A stretch of 64,000 bases of DNA from Eledone cirrhosa (taxonomy: Eukaryota). The notes beneath the pieces are model-generated. The model saw nothing but the letters and a program-made list of their open reading frames with translations. It did no database searches and was not told where the DNA came from. The first letter of the stretch is position 1; each line of letters starts with the position of its first letter. Both the position numbers and the translations under genes were made by a program. Shown here one piece after another: positions 43,479 to 59,860 of this stretch. Location of the stretch: assembly GCA_964016885.1 (NCBI GenBank), contig OZ024741.1, positions 231,570,001 to 231,634,000 on the forward strand, written 5' to 3'.

Positions 43479-44530
43479 TTTTGTTTTTGTTTCTGATATT
43501 TTTTATTAATATATTGAAATCTGTTCTCTATTTCTGCTTGATAGATAATCATGTAGAGTAAAGACAAGAATAGTATTGTTAAAATTAATATAGACTCTAT
43601 ATATATGTGTATATATACACATATATGTATACTTAAATTTTAATAGCACAATGAGAATGTTCTCCGTGTGAAATAGGGGTTTGCAGAGTTGATCACGTAA
43701 ATTCACATCGATGTTTGTAGTTATCATATAAACATATGAATTTTTAAAACTAGACATAAGATCATTACTTTTCACACATTATGGATACGTGTCTCATTCA
43801 GGAATACTGATATTTACATTATAGTGCCTGGTTTTTATACGAACTAATATTTCTACATTAAAACATAGGGTTTTTAAATTCTGCCTCGCCTATGTCTGGT
43901 TACTTTTCATTTTTCTCTCTATATAACGGCTGGTTTCTTTCCTAACCACATATATCTCCCTTACATTAATACTAGAGCTAAGTAAATAAATAAATAAATA
44001 AATGTATCATTGATACGTTCATTCAACGGATGTTTCAACTACCTACTTTTCTCTATATATATCTATCTCTATCTATTTCCTCTCTCTATATATATCTCTC
44101 TCTGTTTCTTTACATGAAGTTCTTCTCTTTATCTATCTTTCCATCTCTCTATTTTGTTGCATGCATTTCTTCTTTTTCTTTTTTTCTTCTTTTTCTTCGT
44201 TTTCTTTCTTTCTTTCCTTCTTTCTCTCTTTCTTTCTTTCTGTTTACAATTTTTCACTGCCAAATCAACTTTTTCAAATACAAGTCGATGTTGAACGGTA
44301 TGTCAAATCTATTTATCTATAAAACTGTCTATATTGTATTTTGTCTGAGGAAGGCATAACATATTGTTAATATGATATCCCTGAAATATATATAATGAAA
44401 TACATATGGTTTTATAAATATAGTTTCCATTTATTTAATATCGTAAATATACTCCAAATACTTGTTGAGTGCTTTTATATCAGTTATAAATATTTACTAG
44501 TTGTAACCCAACAATTTAAATATAACTTTC
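40011..44530 (+). mobile_element. Young Naiad-type Penelope-like element A with ~700-bp inverted arms
   Basis: 40011-40710 is the near-identical reverse complement of 43746-44445. HHRs at 40054-40119(-) and 44337-44402(+). A probable TSD reads atatatg(t/c)atatata. Confidence 0.92.
40758..42971 (+). CDS. Penelope-like retroelement protein (RT + Cys linker + GIY-YIG endonuclease), Naiad-type, intact 737 aa
   Basis: KSDKT, QLDIANYYSSI, FDITMGS, YRDD, NFLDITLNL, SNHP, WFAPPF, CNCR...C...C, IIYNC...YVGST...FKLRYNNH, CDLCAEE, CKH. Confidence 0.95.
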   Translation: MEFFKITSSLKDIPLPRKKDFIKQLIDKSDSFIRRIRWRAFHFDKSNINENVSDLNKVFKSKRNPPPNKLLSDFENDIISIIQGVKFKRNFKGQEYLKGIKDNIESLEKTEKILVKSDKTNNLYGVQKHMFNGLILKELRKKYKVADKAELEKMNVEASCIMHELEIENRTQPFVPRKPKINMKDHKRNFENDLPVRLIAPSKSDLGKLSKNILDRVIQQIKNLDCLPNLSLWKGTGEVVEWFKQIKYNNNNKFIQLDIANYYSSITPNLLNKALNYAFKHTDLTSNEMHIILSARKTLIEFNDQLWTRADRDSNFDITMGSSDSAQVTDLVGLFLINSLHRKIPDTTGGLYRDDMLLLIDNNNSELNRKRKQITQFFNYFNLKIEIENNHRIVNFLDITLNLNTCLHYPFHKLNENLNYVSFNSNHPRSVKNTIVNSVQKRISRISSNRKIFDEKSQYYNEALARAGYSDKIMYIDNDRQTKQNNNYFNYGRNLNNYNRKHYNNSKSQKRNRTRNIIWFAPPFSLNIKTHIAKLFFKALDNRFPRTHRYHSIFNRHTIKLTYSSTKNLAQNINRINNRNLKPSDNSINNIQVNKCNCRDRSKCSLNNNCLVKNIIYNCNVKTDSNSFNYVGSTSTEFKLRYNNHKNSFTDPSKKSSTALSGVLWQLRQDNVRYSTAWDIVSRGIPFNSSPETCDLCAEEIFFILKSKNSLNLRTNLFSCCKHRLNSTFKYKFKFKM

Positions 44531-44646
44531 CATATATGCATATATAAATATTTATACATATGCATGTGTATGTGTGTGTGTGTGTGTGTGTATATATATG
44601 TGTATATATGTGTGTGCGTGTATATATATGTGTGTGTATACGTATG

Positions 44647-44701
<55 letters not shown>

Positions 44702-44804
44702 GTATGTGTGTGTGTATGTGTATATATGCGTTATTTGTCTGTATATATATGTGTATATTTATGTATAGGTCTGTGTATGTATGTGTATGTTTGTATATAT
44801 ATGG

Positions 44805-44849
<45 letters not shown>

Positions 44850-44868
44850 TTTATACATATGCATGTGT

Positions 44869-44900
<32 letters not shown>

Positions 44901-44977
44901 GTGTATATATGTGTGTGCGTGTATATATATGTGTGTGTATATGTATGTATATATATATATATGTATATATATGTATA

Positions 44978-45024
<47 letters not shown>

Positions 45025-45108
45025 GTATGTGTGTGTGTATGTGTATATATATATATGTGTGTGTGTATGTGTGTGTATATGTGTATATATAATATGTATA
45101 TGTGTGTG

Positions 45109-45141
<33 letters not shown>

Positions 45142-45192
45142 GTGTGTGTGTATGTGTGTGTATATGTGTATATATAATATGTATATGTGTGC

Positions 45193-45248
<56 letters not shown>

Positions 45249-45377
45249 GTATATATATATGTATGTATGTGCATGCGTGTATATATGTGTATATATATGT
45301 TTATATATTTGTATGTGTATAGGTATGTTTGTATGTGTGTTTGTATGTGTATATATATATATATGTATATATATATG

Positions 45378-45458
<81 letters not shown>

Positions 45459-45517
45459 GTGTGTGTGCATGTATGTATATTTGTGTATATTTTTATATAT
45501 ATGTATATATGTTTGTG

Positions 45518-45572
<55 letters not shown>

Positions 45573-45585
45573 ATATATGTGCGTA

Positions 45586-45620
<35 letters not shown>

Positions 45621-45622
45621 GG

Positions 45623-45662
<40 letters not shown>

Positions 45663-46138
45663 GTGTATATATATATATATATATATGCATGTGTATATAT
45701 GTATATATGTATATGGTTATATATATGAATGTATATATATATATATATATATGTATATGTATATATATGTGTGTGTGTGTATGTGTGTATGTGTGTGTAT
45801 ATGTATATATGTGTGTGTATGGTTTTTTTTTATATATATATATATATATGTGTGTGTATGTATATTTGTATACGTATGTGTATGTATATATATGTGTATG
45901 TATGTATGTGTGTGTATATATATATGTATATGTATATATATATATGTATATATGTGTGTGTATATATATCTGTGTGTATGTATGTATATATGTCTATATG
46001 TATTTGTGTGTATATGTATACACATGTATATTTGTGTTTGTATGTATGTGTGTGAGTGTATTTATATGTGTATATATGTGTGTGTGTGTGTATATATGTG
46101 TATGTGTGTGTGTATGTGTATATATATATGTGTGTGTA

Positions 46139-46237
<99 letters not shown>

Positions 46238-46838
46238 ATGTATGTATGTGTGTATGTATATGTATGTATATGAATATATTTTTATATATGTGTGTGTGTT
46301 TTTATGTGTGTATATGTGTTTGTTTGTGTGTGTGTTTATGGTTGCGCATAAGTGTGTGAGTGAGTATGTTTTTTTGTTTTTTTGTGAATGTGCCTGTTGA
46401 TTTTTGGCATATAGTTGATTAGTTTAAGAGAAGTTCGAAGATAATTGTAAGATATGCACTCAGTATTTTGAATCTGTCTACATCATTCACTAGACCTTTG
46501 TCACTTAGTAGAACCTTAATGATTTTAGCTTTTAAAGAATCTCCCTTTTCTTTAATTCTATCGACCATGACTGACCCCTCACTGATTTTATAGACATCTG
46601 TTAGCTTAAGAGAAACTTAATGACAAGGAATGGTATGCCATCCGGAACCTGTTTATAGAATTCTGTCTGCCCTTGTTACTCTAAAAACATAAATAAATAA
46701 AAATAAACTATAGCTTTGTAGAGTTAGCTTTTAATGAATTCCCTTTTCTATCAACCAATGACCTGCACCCATCCTACTCCCCACCCTCGCCTACCACTTG
46801 TAGAGACCTATAAATACCATTTTTATTTTTTGATACCC

Positions 46839-46889
46839 AGATTCCTGATGATTTCTAATGAATGAAACAGTTCTAGTCCTGTAGAATCT
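46839..46889 (+). ncRNA. Type-I hammerhead ribozyme with 3-bp extended stem III (Naiad-B pLTR)
   Basis: agattc CTGATGA tttctaatgaat GAAA cag-ttctagtc-ctg TA gaatct. Confidence 0.85.
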
Positions 46890-46901
46890 CATCTATATTA
46901 A

Positions 46902-46983
<82 letters not shown>

Positions 46984-47163
46984 ATATTGGTAAACGGAAT
47001 AGAAAATGCTGACAAATTGTTCACAGTGAAAAATAGTTTAATTATGAATAAGTGATAATTAGTAATAGTATTGGTTAGTATTAAGTTTTGGTTTTGTTTT
47101 ACCGGTTGCGCATTTCTAATGGTTGTCAAAAATAATTTAGAGATAGAGCGTCCGTGATGTTTG

Positions 47164-47206
<43 letters not shown>

Positions 47207-47208
47207 AG

Positions 47209-47245
<37 letters not shown>

Positions 47246-47263
47246 ATATATATATATATTATA

Positions 47264-47645
47264 CTAGCAGCACTACCCAGCGTTGCCTGGGTAGGTAAAA
47301 TAATATCTGCTTTGATGAAAAGGTGTTGATCTTAGCAACATGCATGCCATATAAGGGGGGGGGAGATGAATTACCCCTATCACTGAGATACGCGGGTAAC
47401 TGACGAAGTTGAACCAAATAAATTGATTTATGTGTGAGGTGGAGCCGAAGTTTCGAATTTGAACAAAGTAGGTTGATTAATGATGGAGTTAGAGCCGAAA
47501 AAGTGAAAAGTTGAGTCTAATAGTGGTATTTTTTAATATTTAAGCGGCACCAACGCCGTCCCTGAACAACAAATGCAAAATATAAAGCCATTCCAGGATG
47601 TGTAATGATAAACTCTATTTTGCTTTAAAATTTAAACGAAATCGA
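47264..47645 (-). mobile_element. Non-autonomous Helitron 3' terminal fragment
   Basis: The minus strand ends in hairpin ctacccag-gcaacg-ctgggtag followed by tgctgCTAG|T. The 5' boundary is uncertain. Confidence 0.65.
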
Positions 47646-47750
47646 TGGCACGATTGAATGTATATGAGCCAGTGTGTATGAGGTGTGTGTACGTGCACCT
47701 ACTGTGGGGTAAGGGCTTGTTTATTTGTGTGTACATTTATATGTATGTAC

Positions 47751-47835
<85 letters not shown>

Positions 47836-48100
47836 AGAGCGACTCTGTCTTTGTGCCTCTATATACGAACACGTGTGTGTATGTGCGTGTGCGTGTCTAT
47901 GTGTATGTCTGTACGTGTTTGTATATATGAGCAGATATACGCGGACCGCATATGTGTGTCCATGTATGCGTATGCGTGTGTGTGTGCGCGTGTGTCCGCG
48001 TATGAGAGCTGATGTACCCGAGTATGTAGGCAGGCGTATGTGGACGCGTATGTTGTTAGTTATATGGTTGTGTGCGTGTGTGAATGTATGTGAGTCTGTG

Positions 48101-48155
<55 letters not shown>

Positions 48156-48239
48156 GTGTATGTATGTGTGTATGTATATTTGTGTTTATGTGTATATGTG
48201 TATGTGTGTGCGTATATGTGTATATGTGTGTGCGAGTGG

Positions 48240-48650
48240 ACTTGTGAAATACCAAACCCACCATGAATTCATTCAAGTGTGTCTGCGAGAGGGTAGCTGA
48301 AGGACAGCCTGACTGCAAATATTGGCCAGAATTTATGATGACGTAGAAAAACAACAACCAACAGGAGGACAAGCGAGGAAGATGTTTTTTTACGCTAACA
48401 CCCAAGTTAGAAGTTTTGATCCGGAATTCTTGCCAGTGTCCGAAGAACTTGCAGTTTCCAGAATCAGACAGATCCATACTATGATCCTGTCTCGAGCTGT
48501 CTGCCGGCGAAACAATTGTAACACACAATAAATTGAGTCCAGATGCATCACTAGTTTTTCGTTTTATATTATATCAAAGTCTGCTCTGTAACAACATAGA
48601 GTGCTCAACCGGCATGCCGCCTATAGAAGCATCGTAGCGACCATCAAACA
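48240..48650 (+). repeat. Dispersed repeat (second copy ~59900-60310) with degenerate HHR-like motif
   Basis: Shared aatttatgatgacgt...gtctcgagctg...ccggcgaaacaattgtaacacacaataaattg...gtgctcaac. Confidence 0.7.
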
Positions 48651-48663
48651 CACACACACACAC

Positions 48664-48735
<72 letters not shown>

Positions 48736-48786
48736 ATAATACATATATATATATTGAACATATATATATACTATATATATATATAC

Positions 48787-52210
<3,424 letters not shown>

Positions 52211-52242
52211 TAAAACCTTCGTTTTGTGTAGAAACTTACACT

Positions 52243-52279
<37 letters not shown>

Positions 52280-52288
<9 letters not shown>

Positions 52289-53930
52289 ACGTACATACAT
52301 ATATGTAAACAGACGTACAGTAGTATGTATAGATATACATATATGCACACATATATATATGCACGTATCGGTTTACGAACATTTATTATTATGCACGGTT
52401 GGTTTGCTTGTAAACAAACAAACAGCCCGAATTACGCCGCACAGTCTTTAGGCAACCACTTCACCTTTTTGTTCAACAGTGACACAGGAACGAAGTACTA
52501 GTTTCAAGCTTATTAGCTATCGTCAGCATCGTTTCTCACTCTTATACGGCACTTACTTAAATATATGTATACTTACATACATATATGTATAGAGACGTAC
52601 AGTAGTATGTATATATATAAGTAAGTTCCGTCTAAGAGTGAGAAATGAAATGTCGTTTCATTCTATTCCATTTATCGTTTTCGGTGTGCCCGACCGACTG
52701 AACTCACTCGATATGCAAATTAGGCTGCTCAGCCATTAATATGCATAAGGAAAGTATATACTTTCAGACGTTCAACCATCTGGCAGGAAGGTATACGATG
52801 CTGACGATAGCTAATAAGCTTGAAACTAATACATCGTTCCTGTGTCAATATTGAACAAAAAGATGACGTGGTTGCCTAAAGACTGTACGGCGTAATTCGG
52901 GTGTTTGTTTGTTTACAAACAAACAAACCGAGTATTATAATAAATGTTCCGTAAACCGATACGTGCATATATATATATGTGTGCATGTATGTATATATAT
53001 ACATACTACTGTACGTCTGTATACATATATGTATGTACGTATACATACATACATGCTTACATTTAAGTAAGTGCCGTACTAAGACTGAGAAATGAAATTT
53101 CGTTTCATTCCATTCCATTTATCGTTTTCGGTATGCCCGGCCGACTGAACTCACTCGATATGCAAATTAGGCTGCTCAGCCGTTAATATGCATAAGGAAA
53201 GTATACACTTTCAGAATTTCAACCATCTGGCAGGAAGGTATACGATGCTGACGATAGCTAATAAGCTTGAAACTAGTACATCGTTCCTGTGTCAATGTTG
53301 AACAAAAAGGTGACGTGCGGCGTAATTCGGGCTGTTTGTTTGATTAAAAACAAACAAACCGTGCATTATAATAAATGTTCAGTAAACCGATACGTGCATA
53401 CATATATGTGTGCATGTATGTGTATATATACATACTACTGTACGTCTGTATACATATATGTATGTACGTATACATACATACTTACATTTATGTAAGTGCC
53501 GTACTAAGAGTGAGAAATGAAATTTCGTTTCATTCTATTCCATTTATCGTTTTCGGTGTGCCCGGCCGTCTGAACTCACTCGATATGCAAATTAGGCTGC
53601 TCAGCCGTTAATATGCATAAGGAAAGTATATACTTTCAGACGTTCAACCATCTGGCAGGAAGGTATACGATGCTGACGATAGCTAATAAGCTTGAAACTA
53701 GTATATCGTTCATGTGTCACTGTTGAAGACAAGGGTGACGTGGTTGCCTAAACACTGTACGGCGTAATTCGGGCTGTTTGTTTGTTTACAAACAAACAAA
53801 GCGAGCATTATAATAAATGTTCGGTAAACCGATACGTGCATATATATACGTGTGCATGTATGTATATATATACATACTACTGTACGCCTGTATACATATA
53901 TGTATGTACGTATACATACATATTTGTATG
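52280..53930. repeat. Retrozyme-like array R2b (425-447-bp units) with inverted 5' arm
   Basis: HHRs at 52489-52533(-), 52795-52837, 53242-53284 and 53667-53709(+), with core CTGACGA. Each plus-strand unit is preceded by ATGCAAAT. Confidence 0.9.
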
Positions 53931-54710
53931 TATACTTATACATACTAAATACATGACGCTTTATCTCTCTAATACAATCTGAGTTACTCTACCTAACTCC
54001 CATACATACTGCAAACCCACTCCTTAATAATTTCCTTTAGAGAGAGTGAAAAAAATAAAGGACGTAACCAGAGAGATGTATTTAACAAACGTTAAATACA
54101 TGACGCTTACATCTCTTATATATGCTTATAAACCCACTCCTTAATAATTTCACACAATTACATTTCGTGTATAAGATGTTTACACGTTTATTGAGAGAAA
54201 AAAAAACACATAGGTATTTTTGGCCAAACAACTTCACATTGCTGCATATTTACACGTTTATTGAGTGAACAAAAACGACATAGGGATTTTTGGCCATACA
54301 ACTTCACATGGCTGACAGAAGCGCCCTTTAAACAAACTGAGTTATTTATTTGCCTCTATAAGAATGTATTAAACGGTCTAACTTAGGTCAACGACTATTT
54401 ATTTATTTCAAAATCACCCACAATTACGGAAATAATTTCCTCTCTCTACTCCACATGAAAATAGAAAAAAAAAATACATGCTCACACACAATCACATTTT
54501 GTGTATAACATATTTACACGTTTATTGAGTGAAGAAAAAAAAACAACTTCAAATTGCTGACAGAACCGCGCTTTCAACAAAATGTGAGTTATTTATTTGC
54601 CGTTCGTTCTCCAACTTTTCCCCCTGCGGAACACAGACAATTTTCAGCCTTATACTTTGAAAGGCAATTTGGCTGTAGAAGTAACTTTCACCCTTTCTTT
54701 TTCACATAAA

Positions 54711-57700
54711 ATGCCACCTAAAAAGAGAAGTCGCCTCGGTCGCCATATCGCGTCAGCCACGGCGCAGAGGGCGATTACAGCCAACGAGCCCTCCGAGGAA
54801 ACTGCTTTAAGACTTTCACAGAGCGCCTTGCGTTCATTGGGATGCAGAGCTGCTGAAAGTTTTCAACAACGCACCGCCGGCCTAGCCAAGATGGCTTCAT
54901 ACGACGCCCCGAGACGTGCTGCGATGTGCGATTCGGAGCGGGCGATACGTCATTCCCCAAAAAGACGCTTCTACTGCTACTTCCAGGGCTTCAGAGGGCC
55001 CGGAACAAAGGTCGACACGCCTGAATAGAAACGCTGCTGCTACTGCTGCTTCTAGGGCTTCAGAGGGCCCGGAACAAAGGGCGGCTCGACTGAATCGAAA
55101 CGCTGCGGATACTGCTGCTTCCAGGGCTTTGGAAGGTTTGGAACGACGGACGAATCGCCTTGCTAGGAACGTTGCGGCTATGACTGCTTCCATGGCTTCT
55201 GAAGATACAGGCGGGCGCTCCATTAAGATTGCAAGAGTGGCTTCTGCTACTGCTGCAAGAGCTTCCCATGACCCCACAGGAGCAACATTCTACGTTGGAG
55301 CGGAACAGTCGACGACAAGAAGCTTCCCGCGGTGTGACGAGCCCCGACAACCCATACTGGCACCTACGGGCTTTCAAGTATGAGCCCAACGTTAACTACT
55401 CGTTTAGTGCCGACATAAATATAGGGGAAATGCGCTTCAATTACAAATTCAGCAATGCTGAAAAGTGGGCTGGGGAGCCACCTGCAATGTGCTGCTTAAA
55501 CGGTAAGGTCAGCTTGCCCCCTCTTGGGGAACCACCAGAGCCTTTGAAGGAACTACTTACTGGTTCTACCTCAAGGTCATCCAAATTCCTTCAACTCATA
55601 AGGAAGTACAATTGTGCGTTTCAAATGACTTCTTTCGGGGTTAACGTTGTCAGAGAAAGTGGTTGGATGCCTACTTTCAAGGTCCAGGGGCAGGTGTACC
55701 ATCTTATTGGGTCGCTCCAGCCACTACAAAATTGCAAGCATTCATTCCTTCAAATTTACTTCATTTCTAACTACAGTAGGCAAGTTGATGCACGGTTCGG
55801 CGTTATTCCAACACCTGCAAACCCTGACGCTGACACTTTTGAAAGGGACGTGTTTCTCGGTCTTCAAAACATGCTTCATGAGCACAACAGTTATATTCGA
55901 AGTTTCAAATACGCATTGCAAACAAATCCTTCACCAAACTTCACCATTGTCATCGATGCTGACAAAAGACCTTCTGGGGAGCACGCATGCCGTTATAACG
56001 CTCCTTCGTGCAATGAAGTGGCCGTAGTTATCCATGGTGAACAGCACAATAAGCGAGACATAGTTCTTCAAAGTCGTGACAGTGGTCTTCGACGTATGAA
56101 TGAGACGCATTGTTCATACGACGCCCTGCAGTATCCCCTTCTTTTTGCATCCGGAGAAGACGAGTACCATTTTGGCATTCCTCAGCGCAAACCAAACGAG
56201 CCCACTGCTGCGACATCTAAAACTGTTTCATGCATGGCTTTATACTCATACCGCTTCATGACGAGGCCTAACAATTTCAGCACCCTGCACAGGTCACGGG
56301 AACTGTTTCACCAGTTTGCAGTTGACATGGCTGCAAAGATGGAGTCGGAGAGACTGCTTCATAAAATTGAATCAGAAGCAGCTGCGCTCAGACTCCTACA
56401 TCCATTTGCGTGACGCCGTCAGGAATGACAATGACCCCCGGAACATCGGCAAAATGTGCATTCTCCCCGAACGCAGGAATGCTATGACGTTCGTTCGGCA
56501 TTATGGGCGCCCCGATTTATTCATCACGTTTACGTATAACCCCAAGTTGGTTGAGGTTACGCGGGAACTCATCCCAGAGCAGCAGTACTGCCATCGGCAT
56601 GATATTATTGCCAGGGTTTTCAGGCAGAAGCTGGCTAAGCTAATTGATCTAATAAAAAGGGGGGAAGGTTTTCGGGCCTGTTAGGTGCCACATGTATACT
56701 GTTGATTGGCAGAAGAGAGGGTTGCCACACGCGCACATTTTGGTTTGGTTGGTCACAAAAATAAACCCTACAGTTATAGATGACGTCATCGCAGCGGAAA
56801 TACCGGACCCCGTGGTTGACCGGCAGCTGTACGACATTGTAAAGGCACACATGGTGCACGGTCCTTGCGGTCCCGGTTTTCAAGAATTCTCTTCATGCCA
56901 CAAGGACCATGTGTGCACTAAACGATACCTAAAGAGGTTTATTGAGGAGACCCAGAGCGGCGGCAACAGATACCCACTGTACAGACGAACGCGGCCTGAG
57001 AACGGTGGATTCACAATGACGTTACGTGGTCATCAAGTTGATAATAGGTGGGTGGTCCCGTACTGTCCATTTCTGATGAAAACTTACAACGCTCATATAA
57101 ATGTGGAGTTCTGTCATTCAGTGAAGTCGATAAAGTACATATGTAAATATGTTAACAAGGGTTCCGACGCTGCAATGTCCGGCCTTCAAAACGACAATAG
57201 CAGGGACGAGGTCTCAGAGTACTTGGCAGGTCGATACATCAGCAGTGGTGAAGCTTTTTGGCGGATATTCGGGTTTCCACATCACCAAAGGAACCCCGCC
57301 ATCATACAATTAGCGGTTCATTTGGAAAACGTCCAGCGGGCTTACTTTACTGAACAGACTGCTGTTCATTTGGCGGCCAATCCAAAAGAAACAACTTTGT
57401 CTGTTTTATTTACGCTTTGCCAACTTGACACATTTGCAAAAACACTTTCATATCCTCAGGTCCCGTCCTACTACGTGTGGTCAAACAACACTTGGGTGCG
57501 TAGGAAGTAAGGTTAGGATGTTGAAGGACATACTGGTGTCAAGTTTGACAGTTGTCTAGGAAGAGTGTACATTGTACCTCCCAACCAGCATGAGTGTTAT
57601 CACCTGCGCCTTCTCCTCCATGAGGTTTTAGGCCCACAAAGCTTTCGAGACATAAGAAATGTTGACGGTGAATTATGTGATACTTTCCCGGAAGCCTGCT

Positions 57701-58843
57701 TTAGGCGTGGCCTTTTGGAGGATGATTCACAATGGGGTGCCACTATGGCAGAGGGCGTTTTGTTGAAATCTCCTAAAAGACTAAGATCACTTTTAGCTAT
57801 TCTACTCCTATGGGGCGACTTGGGTGATCCGGCCTCTTTATGGCTTACCTACAAACATTACATGTCTGAAGATTTCCTGCGTCACGCTCAGTTGCTAAAA
57901 CCATCGATGGAGGTCGGGTAGAGTGACCTCATTTACAACAGGGCGCTGCTTGAAATTGAAGATACTGTTCTCGATATGGGCGGTAGTGCGTTGGCTGTGT
58001 ATGGCCTACCTTCAACAAACCGGGAAGGCGCAAACACTCTGTCTTCGGATTTGCTGCGTGAGACATCTTATAATGTTGACAAGCTTGCCCAGTACATAGC
58101 GGAGAATGAGCCAAAGCTCCTTCCAGAACAGAGAATCGTTTACAACTCCGTTGTTAATTCTGTCCGGGGCAAAGCTGGGGGGATTTTTTTCACTAGAGCT
58201 GATGCAGTACGTGCGTGTCTTAAGTCGCATTGTGGCCCCTGGTGAAGACTCTGAAACTTCACACTAACATGCGTGCTCTCATGTGAGGTGATATCACATC
58301 AGCAGCATTTTCTCACACCCTCCTTGCACTTGGCAAAGGCAAAACGCCCGGGGATGAAAAAGGTAATATTGCCATCGACTAACTTTGTACCATTGTTAGT
58401 ACGCCTTCTGATCTCAGGGATGCAGTGTTCCCAGATCTCCAAGCAAATTATCAGAATATGGATTGGCTAACCCAAAGGGCTATTCTGGCCCCGAGGAATA
58501 AAACTGTTAATCATATTAATGATCAAGTGCTAAAACTTATTCCTGGGGATGGCTACGTATATAAGTCTATCGATAGAACTCCTGAACCTGAGGACGTCAT
58601 AAACTATCCAATAGAGGTACTAAATTCCTTTGAGCCCCCCGGATTAACCCCAAACATTTTGAAACTTAAAGTTGGTGCCCCTATAATGCTCATTCGAAAT
58701 TTGGTTCCGCCGAAACAATGCAATGGCACACGTTTCGTCGTTAAGTCCTTAGCTCCCAATCTGATTGAGGCCAGGATAATCACAGGGTGCGGTCGGGGCA
58801 ACGTTGTGCTCATACCGAGAATGCATATTTTCCCATCAGGAGC
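54711..58843 (+). pseudogene. Helitron RepHel transposase, frameshifted and internally deleted
   Basis: MPPKKRSRLGR start, 23-aa STPR-like repeats, CCLNGKV, YNCAFQMTSFG, YDALQYPLLF. Rep motifs YGRPDLFITFT, WQKRGLPHAHIL and KYICKYVNKG. PIF1 motifs RAILAPRN and LKVGAPIMLIRNL...CNGTR. Confidence 0.93.
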
Positions 58844-59190
58844 AAATAAATAAATGAACAAATAAATAAATGAACATAAACACACACAGACACCCGGATG
58901 TGGCGCATGCACAGACTGAGCACACAACACACACACAGAAACAAAATGGCGTAGGACAGAACAAAGGAGAGGCACAGAAACAAAGAAAGGAATCCCCAGT
59001 CACTGAAGAGGTCACAGAGTGTGTGACGAAAGAACTATGACTATATATAAACAACTATCTGGTTGTGGAACCAACCAACCAACCAGAAATTTATAAATTT
59101 ATAAATTTATTAGAAATTTATTATAATAAATTGAAGTGAAAGCAACTGGTGCGTGTTTTTCTTATTGGCAACATGACCCTCCCAAAGTAT

Positions 59191-59197
<7 letters not shown>
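58844..59197 (+). mobile_element. Family P pseudo-LTR truncating the Helitron; HHR at 58998-59042
   Basis: Colinear with about 1885-2225. Confidence 0.85.
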
Positions 59198-59278
<81 letters not shown>

Positions 59279-59344
59279 GTGAGTTTTTTTTTACAAAATG
59301 AAAAATATCCGAAGTGTCCTACACGAGTGAAAGTATAAAGAAAA

Positions 59345-59618
59345 AAAGATGAAATCTATAATGCAACTGGAGTCTTATTTTAAAAAAAATATATATATTT
59401 ATTTGGTTCCTTTACCGGTTTCGCAGTACTTCTGCTTTTCAAAAGTAGAGTTAAGATGGAGGCTCTGTGGTTTTTCTCACATCAGATGTGAGAAAAACTA
59501 CAAAGCCTCAATCTCAACTCTACTTTTGAAAAGCAGAAGTACTGCGAAACCGGTAAAGGAACCGAATAAATATATATATATATTTTTTAAATAAGACTCC
59601 AGTTGCATTTTCGATTTC

Positions 59619-59624
<6 letters not shown>
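59345..59624. repeat. Fold-back (~140-bp arms) with two U3:A8-variant HHRs; a single-arm copy lies at 4400-4535
   Basis: Centre tctcacatcagatgtgaga. ctt TTGAAAA gcag-aagta-ctgc GAAA CCGG TA aag at 59523-59558(+) and 59410-59445(-). Confidence 0.8.
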
Positions 59625-59695
<71 letters not shown>

Positions 59696-59726
59696 TATAT
59701 ATATATTATATATATTTAAAAAAAAA

Positions 59727-59860
<134 letters not shown>

